Assembly: GCA_003643975.1 (NCBI GenBank)
Contig: QNAR01000001.1
Coordinates: 1-34,479 of the forward strand
DNA from: Thermotogota bacterium
GTDB lineage: Bacteria > Thermotogota > Thermotogae > Petrotogales > Kosmotogaceae
Length of the DNA: 34,479 nucleotides
Reading direction: 5' to 3'
Shown here: positions 1 to 9,088 of the stretch, piece after piece
How positions within the stretch are numbered: position 1 is the stretch's first letter
How the letters are laid out: every line of letters starts with the position of its first letter
The notes under the pieces: generated by a model
The model's input: only the letters and a program-made list of their open reading frames with translations
Told to the model about the DNA's origin: nothing
Databases searched by the model: none
Translations under genes and position numbers: made by a program

Positions 1-68
1 TCGACTCCTTTTAACGCATCAACTGCTCCAAAACTCTTCTTAATACCTTTAGCTTCAAGTAAACTCAT
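1..68 (-). CDS. Sugar ABC transporter ATP-binding protein, N-terminal fragment (runs off the left edge)
   Basis: Read manually, not in ORF track: ATG at 68 gives MSLLEAKGIKKSFGAVDALKGV, a typical sugar-ABC NBD start. SD GGAGGTG at 74-80. Follows the permease. Confidence 0.88.
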   Translation of the reverse strand, partial: MSLLEAKGIKKSFGAVDALKGV

Positions 69-91
69 AACAACACCTCCACAAGCTCCGT

Positions 92-1069
92 TCATTCCCC
101 AACAAGCTTCTTCTTGATCCTTATGTTACTTAAAGCAGCAGCAACGAGTATTATCCCTACAAATGCCTGATACCAATAAGCGGGAGCTCCAATGAGGATC
201 AGCCCGTTGTTGAGAGAAGCAAGAATTATACTACCCAGGAAGGCACCAAAGGCACTTCCATATCCACCTGTCATGAGTGTGCCACCTATAACGGCAGCGG
301 TGATTGCCTGAAGCTCCATTTCAACTCCAAGTGATGGATCTACAATACGGAATCTCGCAAAAGTGGCAATACCTGCAAGGCCCGCCATAAGACCACTTAT
401 CATGAACGTTGAGGTCTTGATTTTCCATGATTCTACTCCCATGGCATCAGCAACACTTGGATTCCCCCCGCTGGCTGATATCCAGTTTCCATAACGTGTC
501 CAGTCGAGAATGAAATAAAACAGGAAAGTGAATCCAACAAACCATAAACTTGACCAACGCATGTTGGGACCGAAACGGCCTCCAAAAATTTCTGCAATGA
601 ATTTTCCACTTGAAGGCAATAAAATAGGAAATCCCCCGGTAACAGCAAGAACAACCCCACGCCAGAACCATTGTGTTCCCAGCGTCGTTATGAACGATGG
701 AATACGCCCTTTTGTCGTAACAACACCATTAACAATTCCCTGGCCAGCGGCGAAAGCCAAAGCGATGATTACAGCCAGAATAGCTGGCACACCGTTTTTC
801 GCTAGTAGCGCAAAGATTATCGGCGTTAAGGCAAAGATCGAACCAACACTCAGGTCAAATTCTCCTGATATCATAACCAGGTTTATTCCCATCGTTACTA
901 AACCAAGTTCAGCAGCAACAGTAGAGATAGTAACCAGATTACCCAGCGATAAAAATTGTGGATTCATAATTCCAAAGATACCGAAAATTGCTACAAGAGA
1001 AACTACACCACCAACTTCTTTAAATCGCAGGTATTTCAGTATTAACGGTCCATTATTGTTTGTTGCCAC
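92..1069 (-). CDS. Sugar ABC transporter permease (RbsC/BPD_transp_2 family), probably for inositol
   Basis: Hydrophobic 325 aa with GEFDLSVGS, IPSFITTLG and ELQAITAAVIGGT motifs. GTG start with GGGAGA SD. Substrate inferred from operon. Confidence 0.92.
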   Translation of the reverse strand: MATNNNGPLILKYLRFKEVGGVVSLVAIFGIFGIMNPQFLSLGNLVTISTVAAELGLVTMGINLVMISGEFDLSVGSIFALTPIIFALLAKNGVPAILAVIIALAFAAGQGIVNGVVTTKGRIPSFITTLGTQWFWRGVVLAVTGGFPILLPSSGKFIAEIFGGRFGPNMRWSSLWFVGFTFLFYFILDWTRYGNWISASGGNPSVADAMGVESWKIKTSTFMISGLMAGLAGIATFARFRIVDPSLGVEMELQAITAAVIGGTLMTGGYGSAFGAFLGSIILASLNNGLILIGAPAYWYQAFVGIILVAAALSNIRIKKKLVGE

Positions 1070-1115
1070 TCAGTATCTCTCCCTTCTCAGGTCTGAAGAG
1101 TAATATGAGAATTCA

Positions 1116-1145
1116 GGAGGAAGAGGAGAGCTCTCCCCTTCCTCC
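1116..1145 (-). other. Intergenic stem-loop between binding-protein and permease genes (mRNA stabiliser or attenuator)
   Basis: GGAGGAAGAGGAGAG / CTCTCCCCTTCCTCC is a 15-bp inverted repeat with one mismatch, which is a G-U pair on the minus-strand mRNA. No U-tract. Lies 6 nt after the binding-protein stop. Confidence 0.75.
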
Positions 1146-1151
1146 CAAGTA

Positions 1152-2087
1152 TTAACGATAACCTTCTTTTACACTGTTTTCTACAGGGCCAACATTGTCC
1201 TTTGTAATAATGAAAGGTCCTGTTAGCACATCACCAATGGGAGAGAGACCATATTTTTTGTAGAAGTAAAGAAATTCCACTGCAAGATATCCCTGCAAGT
1301 ATTGCTGCTGATCAACAGTATATAGAACTTTTCCTTCTTCTATCCACTTGAGCATTTCTTCGGTAAGGTCAAAACCGCTTACCTTGACCTTTCCTTCAAG
1401 CCCCATGTCTTCTACCACGGTTACAGCTGGGAGTGTTCCTATAGGGCCAAGGGTGAAAATCATGTCGGTATCAGGATGTTTTCGCAGGTAACCTTCAAGA
1501 ACCGATACGCCTTTTGAAGGATCTACGGTAATATTCAATTTTTCGACAGGAATTCCTTTTGGACTGAGAGCATCCATTATACCCTTTGCCCTCATTTCCA
1601 TTCCAGCATGCCCTACTTCGTGAATTGCTATAACTGCGCGTTTAGGTGTGAATTGTGAGAGAACATACATTGCGCCATTGTATCCACCAAGATATTCGTT
1701 GTTTCCGATGTAAGCGATGTATGGAATTTTATCCAACCCTGTTCTTGGGTCTGGAACATTGATGGCGATGACCGGAATTCCGGAAGAGATCGCCCTTTTG
1801 AGAGGCTCTTCCACGGCGTTAACATCGGTTATTGTGACTATTAACCCATCTGGCTTCGCAGCAATGGCCGCGTTCAAATTATTAACGAAGGTTTGAAGAG
1901 AATACTTCACTGGTCCAAGATACGTTGCGTTCACTCCATATTTCTCAGCTGCATCATTCATGCCTTTCATCACGATTCCCCAGAATGGATCAGCAGGCCC
2001 TCCATGGGAAACCAGGTAGAAATTCATCTCTGCAAGTAAAAGACTCGAGCTAAGAACAACCAAAAGTATTACAAGAACTTTTTTCAT
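1152..2087 (-). CDS. Sugar ABC transporter substrate-binding protein (Peripla_BP_4 type), probably inositol-binding
   Basis: Signal peptide MKKVLVILLVVLSSSLLLA with no lipobox Cys. HGGPADPFW, GIPVIAIN and VDQQQYLQGY motifs. SD GGGAGG. Confidence 0.9.
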   Translation of the reverse strand: MKKVLVILLVVLSSSLLLAEMNFYLVSHGGPADPFWGIVMKGMNDAAEKYGVNATYLGPVKYSLQTFVNNLNAAIAAKPDGLIVTITDVNAVEEPLKRAISSGIPVIAINVPDPRTGLDKIPYIAYIGNNEYLGGYNGAMYVLSQFTPKRAVIAIHEVGHAGMEMRAKGIMDALSPKGIPVEKLNITVDPSKGVSVLEGYLRKHPDTDMIFTLGPIGTLPAVTVVEDMGLEGKVKVSGFDLTEEMLKWIEEGKVLYTVDQQQYLQGYLAVEFLYFYKKYGLSPIGDVLTGPFIITKDNVGPVENSVKEGYR

Positions 2088-2177
2088 GCAATACCCTCCC
2101 TTTCAAGTAATTTTGGAATTTACAAGAAAAATTCCCCGTTTTTTCCCTGTTTTCTATCCCCCCTTTCTTTCTGGTAT

Positions 2178-3407
2178 TTAGCGGGGTTGAGAAATATCTT
2201 TGTCTATGATTTTTTTGAGTTCTTCAAAATCCGGCATGATTCGAGCAACACCAGAATCAACAGCGGCCCTGGCCACTGCGACGGCAACAGCTTTGCCTAC
2301 ACCCGGGTCAAATGCCCACGGAATGATCTTGTTCTCGTTGATTTCTGCATCAGGCAAAAACCCCGCCAGGGCATCCACGGCAGCGAGTTTCATTTCATCG
2401 TTTATATCTCTCGCTCTGACGGATAATGCGCCACGGAAAAGACCCGGGAAAACGAGTACATTGTTTATCTGGTTATTGAAGTCGGATCTTCCGGTTGCCA
2501 CGATTCTCGCACCTGCTTCCTTGGCCTCATCTGGATAAATCTCTGGAATGGGGTTTGCAACGGCAAAAACTATGGGATCCTTTGCCATAGACTTAACCAT
2601 GTCTTTATTGACAAGCCCGCCTATGGAAGTTCCGATAAACACATCAGCACCTCTTATGGCATCTTTGAGAGTTCCTGTAAGCCCTTCAGGATTTATCAAG
2701 AGAGCAATTTCTTCGTGAAAAGCATTTAACAGCGTTTCAGGATATTCTTTATTTAAAATACCGTTTTTATCGCATGCCACGATGTTCTTGACGCCAGCTG
2801 CAAGAAGCATTTTTATGATCGCTCCGCCAGCAGCACCTATCCCAACTGTTGCAACCTTGATCTCGCTTAGCTTCTTACCAGTTATTTTCAGTGCATTTTT
2901 CAAGGCAGCGAGTATTATAATAGCCGCTCCATGCTGGTCATCGTGAAAAACCGGAATATCAAGCTTTTCCCTGAGTGCTTTCTCAATGTAAAAACACTGT
3001 GGCGAGGCAATATCTTCAAGATTCACTCCGCCAAAAGTGGGGCTAACCGTTTCTACAAATTCCACTATCTTCTCAGGATCCTGTGTGTTTATACAAAGAG
3101 GGTAAGCGTCAACATTTGCAAATTCCTTGAACAATACCGCTTTTCCTTCCATAACAGGCAGTGCAGCTTCAGGTCCTATATTTCCAAGTCCCAGCACAGC
3201 TGATCCATCTGAGACGATCGCCACTGCATTCCAGCGATTCGTGTAGTTGAAAACTTCATCAGGCTTTTTATGAATCAATCTGGATACATCTGCAACACCC
3301 GGTGTGTAGGCAAGGGCAAGCATCTTCTGATTATTAACCGGTACCCTGCTCTTGACTTCAAGCTTTCCTCTGAACTTTTTATGCAACTCTAATGCTTCGT
3401 TATTCAT
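2178..3407 (-). CDS. NAD(P)-dependent malic enzyme (small MaeB-N/YtsJ-like subfamily)
   Basis: AYTPGVA, SDGSAVLGLGNIG, PVMEGKAVLFK, NLEDI, FHDDQHG, GIGAAG and NQINNVLVFPG motifs. Confidence 0.93.
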   Translation of the reverse strand: MNNEALELHKKFRGKLEVKSRVPVNNQKMLALAYTPGVADVSRLIHKKPDEVFNYTNRWNAVAIVSDGSAVLGLGNIGPEAALPVMEGKAVLFKEFANVDAYPLCINTQDPEKIVEFVETVSPTFGGVNLEDIASPQCFYIEKALREKLDIPVFHDDQHGAAIIILAALKNALKITGKKLSEIKVATVGIGAAGGAIIKMLLAAGVKNIVACDKNGILNKEYPETLLNAFHEEIALLINPEGLTGTLKDAIRGADVFIGTSIGGLVNKDMVKSMAKDPIVFAVANPIPEIYPDEAKEAGARIVATGRSDFNNQINNVLVFPGLFRGALSVRARDINDEMKLAAVDALAGFLPDAEINENKIIPWAFDPGVGKAVAVAVARAAVDSGVARIMPDFEELKKIIDKDISQPR

Positions 3408-3420
3408 TTCAATCCCTCCA

Positions 3421-4434
3421 TCAAATCAATTCGGCAATCTTCACCGAACGATTTTCCTTAGCTGAAATGTCAGCAGCTCTGGCAACGAGGATTGAATAGT
3501 ATCCAGCCTCTACGCCAGCAGAAACGTCCTTATCTTCAAGAACGGATTCAACAAAAGCCCGAATTTCGTTGGCAAAAGACTGCATGTAGCGTTGAGGAAA
3601 GTAGTACAAAGGCTTATCGCTACAAACCGCAGCTTCTGTGCTCACAATGACGTTGGTTTCTCTATCGTTCTCGGCCCGTGCGCTACCTTTCGAACCAAAT
3701 ACTTCTACTCTTTGGTCGTATCCATAGGTGGTTTTTCTACTGACATCAATCGCACAAATCGCACCGTTTTCCATCTTCAATATGGCATAGGCGGTATCGA
3801 AATCTCCCGCTTCGCCTATTCTGGGGTCAAGGAGTACACTGCCACCAGCGTAAACTTCGACTACTTCTGACCCCGTTAAAAACCTTGCAGTGTCAAACTC
3901 ATGGATCATGAAATCGAAGAAGATGCCACCGGATTTCTTCACGAATTCTATATCGGGCAGGTGGGGATCTCTTGAAGTCGTTCTGATCAAATGAATTTCA
4001 CCGAGTTCGCCAGAATCTATAAAGTCTTTGACCTTTCTAAAGTTATGATCAAAGCGCCTATTAAAGGCAATCTGGATTTTAACGCCGGTGTTTTTTAGGT
4101 TTTTATAAAGCTCTCTGGCCGTTTCCAGATTATGTGCAAGGGGCTTTTCCATAAAAACATGTTTTTTTGCTTTAACAGCCGCTTTTAACATTTCACCATG
4201 TAATGTAGTTGGAGATGCGATAACCACGGCGTCTATCTCGGGATCTTCTAAAACATCCTGCCAATTGGCCGTGATTTCGAAGTCGCCCAAACGTTCAGCC
4301 CACTTCTTTGTTTCATCAACCCGCGGATCTGCCAGTGTTTTGACCTTGGCTTCCGGCACGTGCTGAATGAGGTTAGTTGTGTGAATCCTTCCCAATCTTC
4401 CCAACCCTATGACACCTATCCTCAAAGTTTCCAC
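3421..4434 (-). CDS. iolG: Inositol 2-dehydrogenase family (Gfo/Idh/MocA), second paralog
   Basis: GVIGLGRLG, EKPLA, FNRRFD, SRDP, DFMIHEFD and YGYDQRVEVFG motifs. Start moved from TTG 4455 (ORF track) to GTG 4434, which has SD AGGAGA upstream. Confidence 0.85.
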   Translation of the reverse strand: METLRIGVIGLGRLGRIHTTNLIQHVPEAKVKTLADPRVDETKKWAERLGDFEITANWQDVLEDPEIDAVVIASPTTLHGEMLKAAVKAKKHVFMEKPLAHNLETARELYKNLKNTGVKIQIAFNRRFDHNFRKVKDFIDSGELGEIHLIRTTSRDPHLPDIEFVKKSGGIFFDFMIHEFDTARFLTGSEVVEVYAGGSVLLDPRIGEAGDFDTAYAILKMENGAICAIDVSRKTTYGYDQRVEVFGSKGSARAENDRETNVIVSTEAAVCSDKPLYYFPQRYMQSFANEIRAFVESVLEDKDVSAGVEAGYYSILVARAADISAKENRSVKIAELI

Positions 4435-4451
4435 CGAATCATCTCCTGTTC

Positions 4452-5468
4452 TCAAAGAACTTCTTCGAGTTTTACTGGCCTATTCTCTTTAGCCGAGATC
4501 GTGGCAGCTTTGGCAATGACTATGGCCATCAACCCATCATGACCCGACACCGGAACTTCCTTATCTTCAATCAAGCTATCTATAAAATCTTTCATTTCAT
4601 CCTCAAATGATTGCATATATCTTTCAAGGAAGAAGTAAAGTGGCTTGTCACTTGCAACACACTCTTCATTACTGAGTATGACGTTTGTTTCGGTGTCATT
4701 TTCAGCCCGGGCACTCCCTTTTGAACCGAAGACTTCCACACGTTGGTCATAGCCATAGGCTGCTTTTCTGCTGTTGTCTATTATGCAGGTTGCTCCACTT
4801 CTGAATTTCAAAACAGATACAGCGGTATCGTAATCACCGGCATCACCAATTGTGGGATCTATGAGTACGCTTCCAAAGGCACAAACTTCAACGACTTCGT
4901 CTCCGGCAAGGTAACGAGCCATATCGAAATCGTGAATAGTCATATCCATGAAAATGCCACCAGAAACCTTTACGTATTCAATGGGTGGTGGGGCGGGGTC
5001 TCGTGATGTGATATTCACTATATGTACTTCTCCGATTTTTTCATCTTCAACAAGCTTTCTTACTTTCCTGAAATTATGGTCAAAGCGTCTGTTGAAACCT
5101 ATCTGAAGTTTTACCCCTTCTTCTGTTACAACTTCAAGCGCTTTTCTCGTTTTTTCCAGGTCCATATCGATGGGCTTTTCACAGAAAATATCTTTCTTCG
5201 CCCTTGCTGATGCGATTATCAGATCAGCATGAGTGTTGGTAGGCGAGCAGATGATCACCGCATCCACTTCGGGATTATCAATCACATCTTCAGGATCGGT
5301 CACAACGTTGTTTATTCCAACGGAATCAGCCCAGGCTTTGGTTTCTTCAAATCTCGGGTCACAAATTGTTATAACTTCCGCTCTTTCGACCTTTTGAACG
5401 AGATTTTTTGCGTGAATCCTTCCTATCCTGCCAGCTCCTATTACACCAACCTTGATTTTTTTATCCAT
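4452..5468 (-). CDS. iolG: myo-Inositol 2-dehydrogenase
   Basis: GVIGAGRIG, CEKPID, GFNRRFD, SRDP, DMTIHDFD and YGYDQRVE motifs. Adjacent to iolE. ATG 5468 preferred over GTG 5477 because GGAGTG is well spaced from it. Confidence 0.92.
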   Translation of the reverse strand: MDKKIKVGVIGAGRIGRIHAKNLVQKVERAEVITICDPRFEETKAWADSVGINNVVTDPEDVIDNPEVDAVIICSPTNTHADLIIASARAKKDIFCEKPIDMDLEKTRKALEVVTEEGVKLQIGFNRRFDHNFRKVRKLVEDEKIGEVHIVNITSRDPAPPPIEYVKVSGGIFMDMTIHDFDMARYLAGDEVVEVCAFGSVLIDPTIGDAGDYDTAVSVLKFRSGATCIIDNSRKAAYGYDQRVEVFGSKGSARAENDTETNVILSNEECVASDKPLYFFLERYMQSFEDEMKDFIDSLIEDKEVPVSGHDGLMAIVIAKAATISAKENRPVKLEEVL

Positions 5469-5480
5469 CTTCTTCACTCC

Positions 5481-6380
5481 CTAAAATCCGAGAATCTCTT
5501 TCAGATAGGCACGGGCTTTTTTCGCATATTCGAGAGGAGGGGCTATTTTTGGATCCTGTTCCGCTTCAACGACAATCCAGCCTTTGTAATTAATGTCATC
5601 AAGTGCTTTTGCTATCGGCTTGAAATCGATCATGCCATCTCCTGGAACGGTAAAAACGCCCTGCTTAACGGAATATAAAAAGCTCCAATCCTCCTGGAAA
5701 GAGCGCTTCATGACGTCCTCACGCAGATCTTTGAAATGAACGTGCTTTATACGTGAGCCGTAATCTTTTATCATTTGTAAAGGGTCTCCGCCTGCAAAAA
5801 CCAGGTGACCGGTATCGAGAAGCAAATAAACCAGATCAGGGTCAGTGCTTTCCATAAGCCTTCTGACTTCTTCATAGGTCTGAACCCCTGTTCCCATGTG
5901 GTGATGGAACACTATTTTCATATCTTTCTCAGCTGCAAGTTTTCCAAGCTCATGGAGCCCTTTGACGAGTTTCCCCCAATCTTCATCGCTGAAAATTGGC
6001 TTTTGGCTGTGCAATGGTGTATTCATAAGGCCTTGAACGCTTTTTCCGCTTTCGGATACGACTATCACTTTTGCACCCATAGCGTGAAGAAAATCCCTGT
6101 GCTTGATAAAAGCAGCAATAGTTTCTTCGGGATCTTTGGTGGTAAAGTAACTACTGAACCATGCACTTGCTATCTGCAATCCTCTGGGCTCAAGGGCCTT
6201 TTTAAGAACCATGGGATCACGTGGAAATTTGTTGCCAACTTCGCTACCTTCAAAGCCTGCCTCAGCCATTTCATCGATACACTGTTCAAAGGGAATATCA
6301 CCGCCAAGTTCAGGCATGTCATCATTGGTCCAAGCAATTGGAGCAATTGCCAATTTGATGTCTTCTCTTCTGATACCCAT
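5481..6380 (-). CDS. iolE: myo-Inosose-2 (2-keto-myo-inositol) dehydratase
   Basis: APIAWTNDDMPELG N-terminus plus HHHMGT, LLDTGH, HVHFKD, FTVPGDG and WIVVEAEQDP motifs. Confidence 0.95.
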   Translation of the reverse strand: MGIRREDIKLAIAPIAWTNDDMPELGGDIPFEQCIDEMAEAGFEGSEVGNKFPRDPMVLKKALEPRGLQIASAWFSSYFTTKDPEETIAAFIKHRDFLHAMGAKVIVVSESGKSVQGLMNTPLHSQKPIFSDEDWGKLVKGLHELGKLAAEKDMKIVFHHHMGTGVQTYEEVRRLMESTDPDLVYLLLDTGHLVFAGGDPLQMIKDYGSRIKHVHFKDLREDVMKRSFQEDWSFLYSVKQGVFTVPGDGMIDFKPIAKALDDINYKGWIVVEAEQDPKIAPPLEYAKKARAYLKEILGF

Positions 6381-6394
6381 CTAATTCCCTCCAG

Positions 6395-8278
6395 TCACCA
6401 CTTGCGGGCGTGTTTTTTCATATATTCGCTGTCTTCCATATATGCTTTTTTCACTGAATCGCTTTCGGATACCTCTGCAACGCCAACTCGCCACCATGAT
6501 TCATATCCACCGGACTGTGTGCCGGGTAAGACTTTCACGTCTATGAGGACGCTTGTGGATTCTTTTCTCGCTTCTTCCAAAGCTTTTCGAAGTTCATTTT
6601 CGTTACGCGCTGTGTAGGCTTTTGCACCTAAGCTCTTCGCTATTCCAGCAAAGTCTATCTGTATATAGTCATCATCGAGTTTTCCTGTTTCTTTCGAACG
6701 ATACCTCAGCTCATTGCCAAATCCTTTTGCGCTTCCATGGGATTTTTGAAGGCTGTTTATGCTCTGGAATCCACCGTTGTCGAGTATAATGACGTTTATC
6801 TTCATTCGTTCCTGCAAACTGGTAAGAAACTCAGAATGAAGCATAAGGAAACTCCCGTCACTCAAAAGGGCGTAGGCTTCCTTTTCAGGTTCGGCCATTT
6901 TCACGCCGAAAGTACCTGAAACTTCATAGCCCATACAGGAAAAACCGTATTCCATGTGATATGACTTGATACCTTTGCATCGCCATAGCCTGTGTAAATC
7001 CCCCGGAAGGCTACCAGCGGCTGCTACAAAAACGTCATTTTCAGTTGCGAAATCATTTATTATGCCAAGCGCTGTGGTTTGTGGGAGCCCTTTTTCAGAT
7101 TCCAGGTGATAAAGCCTGTCCACTTCCCTGTCCCATTCTTCTTTAAGTGTTTTTAGCTCTTCTTTTGAATAATTCGACCTATATCCTTCCTTCTTCAAAC
7201 CTTCCATCAGGACTTCAAGACCGAGCATGGCATCTGCGTTGAGGTGTTCGGCATCCATCTTCAGACCATCGAAATTATTGACATTTATGCTCAGGATTTT
7301 CACATTGGGGTTCTGAAAAGCGGTTTTTGAAGCTGTTGGGAAATCCATAAGCCTTGTACCAACTGCGATTATTAAATCCGCCTCCTTGGCGAGTTTGTTG
7401 GCAGCAAGGGTCCCTGTGGTGCCAACTCCACCCATGTTGAGCGGGTGATCCCACAGCATCGCTCCTTTTCCAGCCTGCGTGAAGGAAACAGGAATGTTAA
7501 AAGCTTCAGCAAATTCCCGTAAGGTATCCACTGCTTGAGAATAATGAACACCACCGCCAGCGATTATCAGCGGCTTTTTCTTAGTCTTAATGAGCCTTAG
7601 TGCTCTCACAAGAGCGCTCTCTGATGGTGGGCGCCTATCTATATGGTGTACTCTTTTCTCAAAGAATTCCACTGGATAATCATAGGCTTCACCCTGCACA
7701 TCTTGTGGAAGGGCAAGGGTAACAGCTCCTGTTTCTGCGGGGTCGGTGAGAACCCTCATAGCGTTTAGCGCTGCAGTAATTAGCTGTTCAGGTCTTTCTA
7801 TTTTGTCCCAGTATTTGCTCACAGCTTTGAAAGCGTCATTAGCCGTGATTTTTGGATTGTAAGGCATTTCTATTTGCTGAAGCACCGGGTCAGGCTGCCT
7901 ATCGGCAAAGATATCTCCCGGGAGCAAAAGCACAGGAATTCTGTTTACAGTTGCAGTAGCAGCACCTGTCACCATATTGAGTGCTCCGGGACCTATCGAA
8001 CTTGTACAGGCAAAGATTTCAAGCCTGTTTTTCTGTTTGGCGAAAGCAGTAGCAGCGTGAACTATCCCCTGCTCATTGTGTCCCTGATAAAATTTAAGAG
8101 AGAGGTCTTTCATGTTTTCAAGGCCTTCGCCAATGCCAAGGAGGTTGCCGTGGCCAAAAATCCCATATACTCCTTTGACAAATTTGTGTTCTTCCCCATC
8201 AAATTCGACATACTGGGCATCAAGGAATTTCAACAAAGCTTGAGCAGTAGTTAAGCGTATTGTTTTCAAATCATTCAC
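6395..8278 (-). CDS. iolD: 3D-(3,5/4)-trihydroxycyclohexane-1,2-dione acylhydrolase (ThDP-dependent, ring opening)
   Basis: RLTTAQAL, GIFGHGN, TSSIGPG, PDPVLQQ, AAGSLPGDLHRLW, YHMEYGFSCMGYE and C-terminal SWWRVGVAEVS motifs. Confidence 0.96.
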   Translation of the reverse strand: MNDLKTIRLTTAQALLKFLDAQYVEFDGEEHKFVKGVYGIFGHGNLLGIGEGLENMKDLSLKFYQGHNEQGIVHAATAFAKQKNRLEIFACTSSIGPGALNMVTGAATATVNRIPVLLLPGDIFADRQPDPVLQQIEMPYNPKITANDAFKAVSKYWDKIERPEQLITAALNAMRVLTDPAETGAVTLALPQDVQGEAYDYPVEFFEKRVHHIDRRPPSESALVRALRLIKTKKKPLIIAGGGVHYSQAVDTLREFAEAFNIPVSFTQAGKGAMLWDHPLNMGGVGTTGTLAANKLAKEADLIIAVGTRLMDFPTASKTAFQNPNVKILSINVNNFDGLKMDAEHLNADAMLGLEVLMEGLKKEGYRSNYSKEELKTLKEEWDREVDRLYHLESEKGLPQTTALGIINDFATENDVFVAAAGSLPGDLHRLWRCKGIKSYHMEYGFSCMGYEVSGTFGVKMAEPEKEAYALLSDGSFLMLHSEFLTSLQERMKINVIILDNGGFQSINSLQKSHGSAKGFGNELRYRSKETGKLDDDYIQIDFAGIAKSLGAKAYTARNENELRKALEEARKESTSVLIDVKVLPGTQSGGYESWWRVGVAEVSESDSVKKAYMEDSEYMKKHARKW

Positions 8279-9065
8279 CTCCGAAAGGCCATATGGAAGC
8301 GTCTTTTTCCGTTACCCACAGATGTTCCAGTTCAAAGGTAGGCACTGTATAAGGGTTACCATCAAGATGCCTTATGGCCCATATGTAATACATGGCGTAT
8401 CCCGGTGCACTTACCTGTGGATGAGAGAGATCATCAAGGATTTTCAGCGTATCACCATGCCTGATCTTATAAACATCCTCGCCCAACATCCCAAAGCCAA
8501 AGCCCTGCTCGGGAAAGAAGCGATAATGGTATATTTCAGGCTGAGGATGGTGGTGTGGCGGATAACTTGACCACTTGCCAGGGTAATTTACCACCTCTCC
8601 AAGCACCAGTTTGGCATCTGGGGCGTTGGTTACATCAAAAATAGTACGCACGATCCTCGTAGAAGTTTCGCGCATTGTGCCTTCGCCTCTGTGTTCTGAC
8701 CTGGTATCGTTCCCCTGATAAAGCCGACATTCAAAAACCGCATCATTTGTAGTTGCAAAAATTGCGATTTCTGCATTGGTTTTGGCCTCGATTTTTACCT
8801 CAGTGCTCATTGGAACATGCAGGCATACAGGTTCATTTTCCAAAAGAGAGTCTCTTTTTACCAGTTCTACCCTTCCATTCCATTCGAAAGATATTTCCCC
8901 TTTCATCAGCAGGAAAGCTCTTTCCTTTCCGGGCTGGCTTTTGTAGGTTTGTTGGCCCTTCAACAAAAGTAGACCAAAATCCATCATTGTATCTTTCTCT
9001 GATTCACCCTCCCGGGTTATTTCGTTAAAACCTTGTATGCGTTTCTTCGCTTTTAGCAAATACAT
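8271..9065 (-). CDS. iolB: 5-Deoxy-D-glucuronate isomerase
   Basis: LVLGEVVNYPGKWSSYPPHHH, EIYHYRF and HPQVSAPGYAMYYIW motifs. 8-nt overlap with iolD. Confidence 0.93.
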   Translation of the reverse strand: MYLLKAKKRIQGFNEITREGESEKDTMMDFGLLLLKGQQTYKSQPGKERAFLLMKGEISFEWNGRVELVKRDSLLENEPVCLHVPMSTEVKIEAKTNAEIAIFATTNDAVFECRLYQGNDTRSEHRGEGTMRETSTRIVRTIFDVTNAPDAKLVLGEVVNYPGKWSSYPPHHHPQPEIYHYRFFPEQGFGFGMLGEDVYKIRHGDTLKILDDLSHPQVSAPGYAMYYIWAIRHLDGNPYTVPTFELEHLWVTEKDASIWPFGGE

Positions 9066-9088
9066 TGCTCATCTCCTCCAGATTTGCA

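Noticed and set aside
2115-2135. GGAATTT...AAATTCC hairpin between malic enzyme and binding-protein genes
   Set aside because: AT-rich and weak, with no U-tract on the coding strand; not evidence that the operon breaks here.
5805-6617. 270-aa plus-strand ORF, and the other short antisense or out-of-frame ORFs in the track
   Set aside because: They overlap well-supported genes (here iolE/iolD) and show no family signatures.
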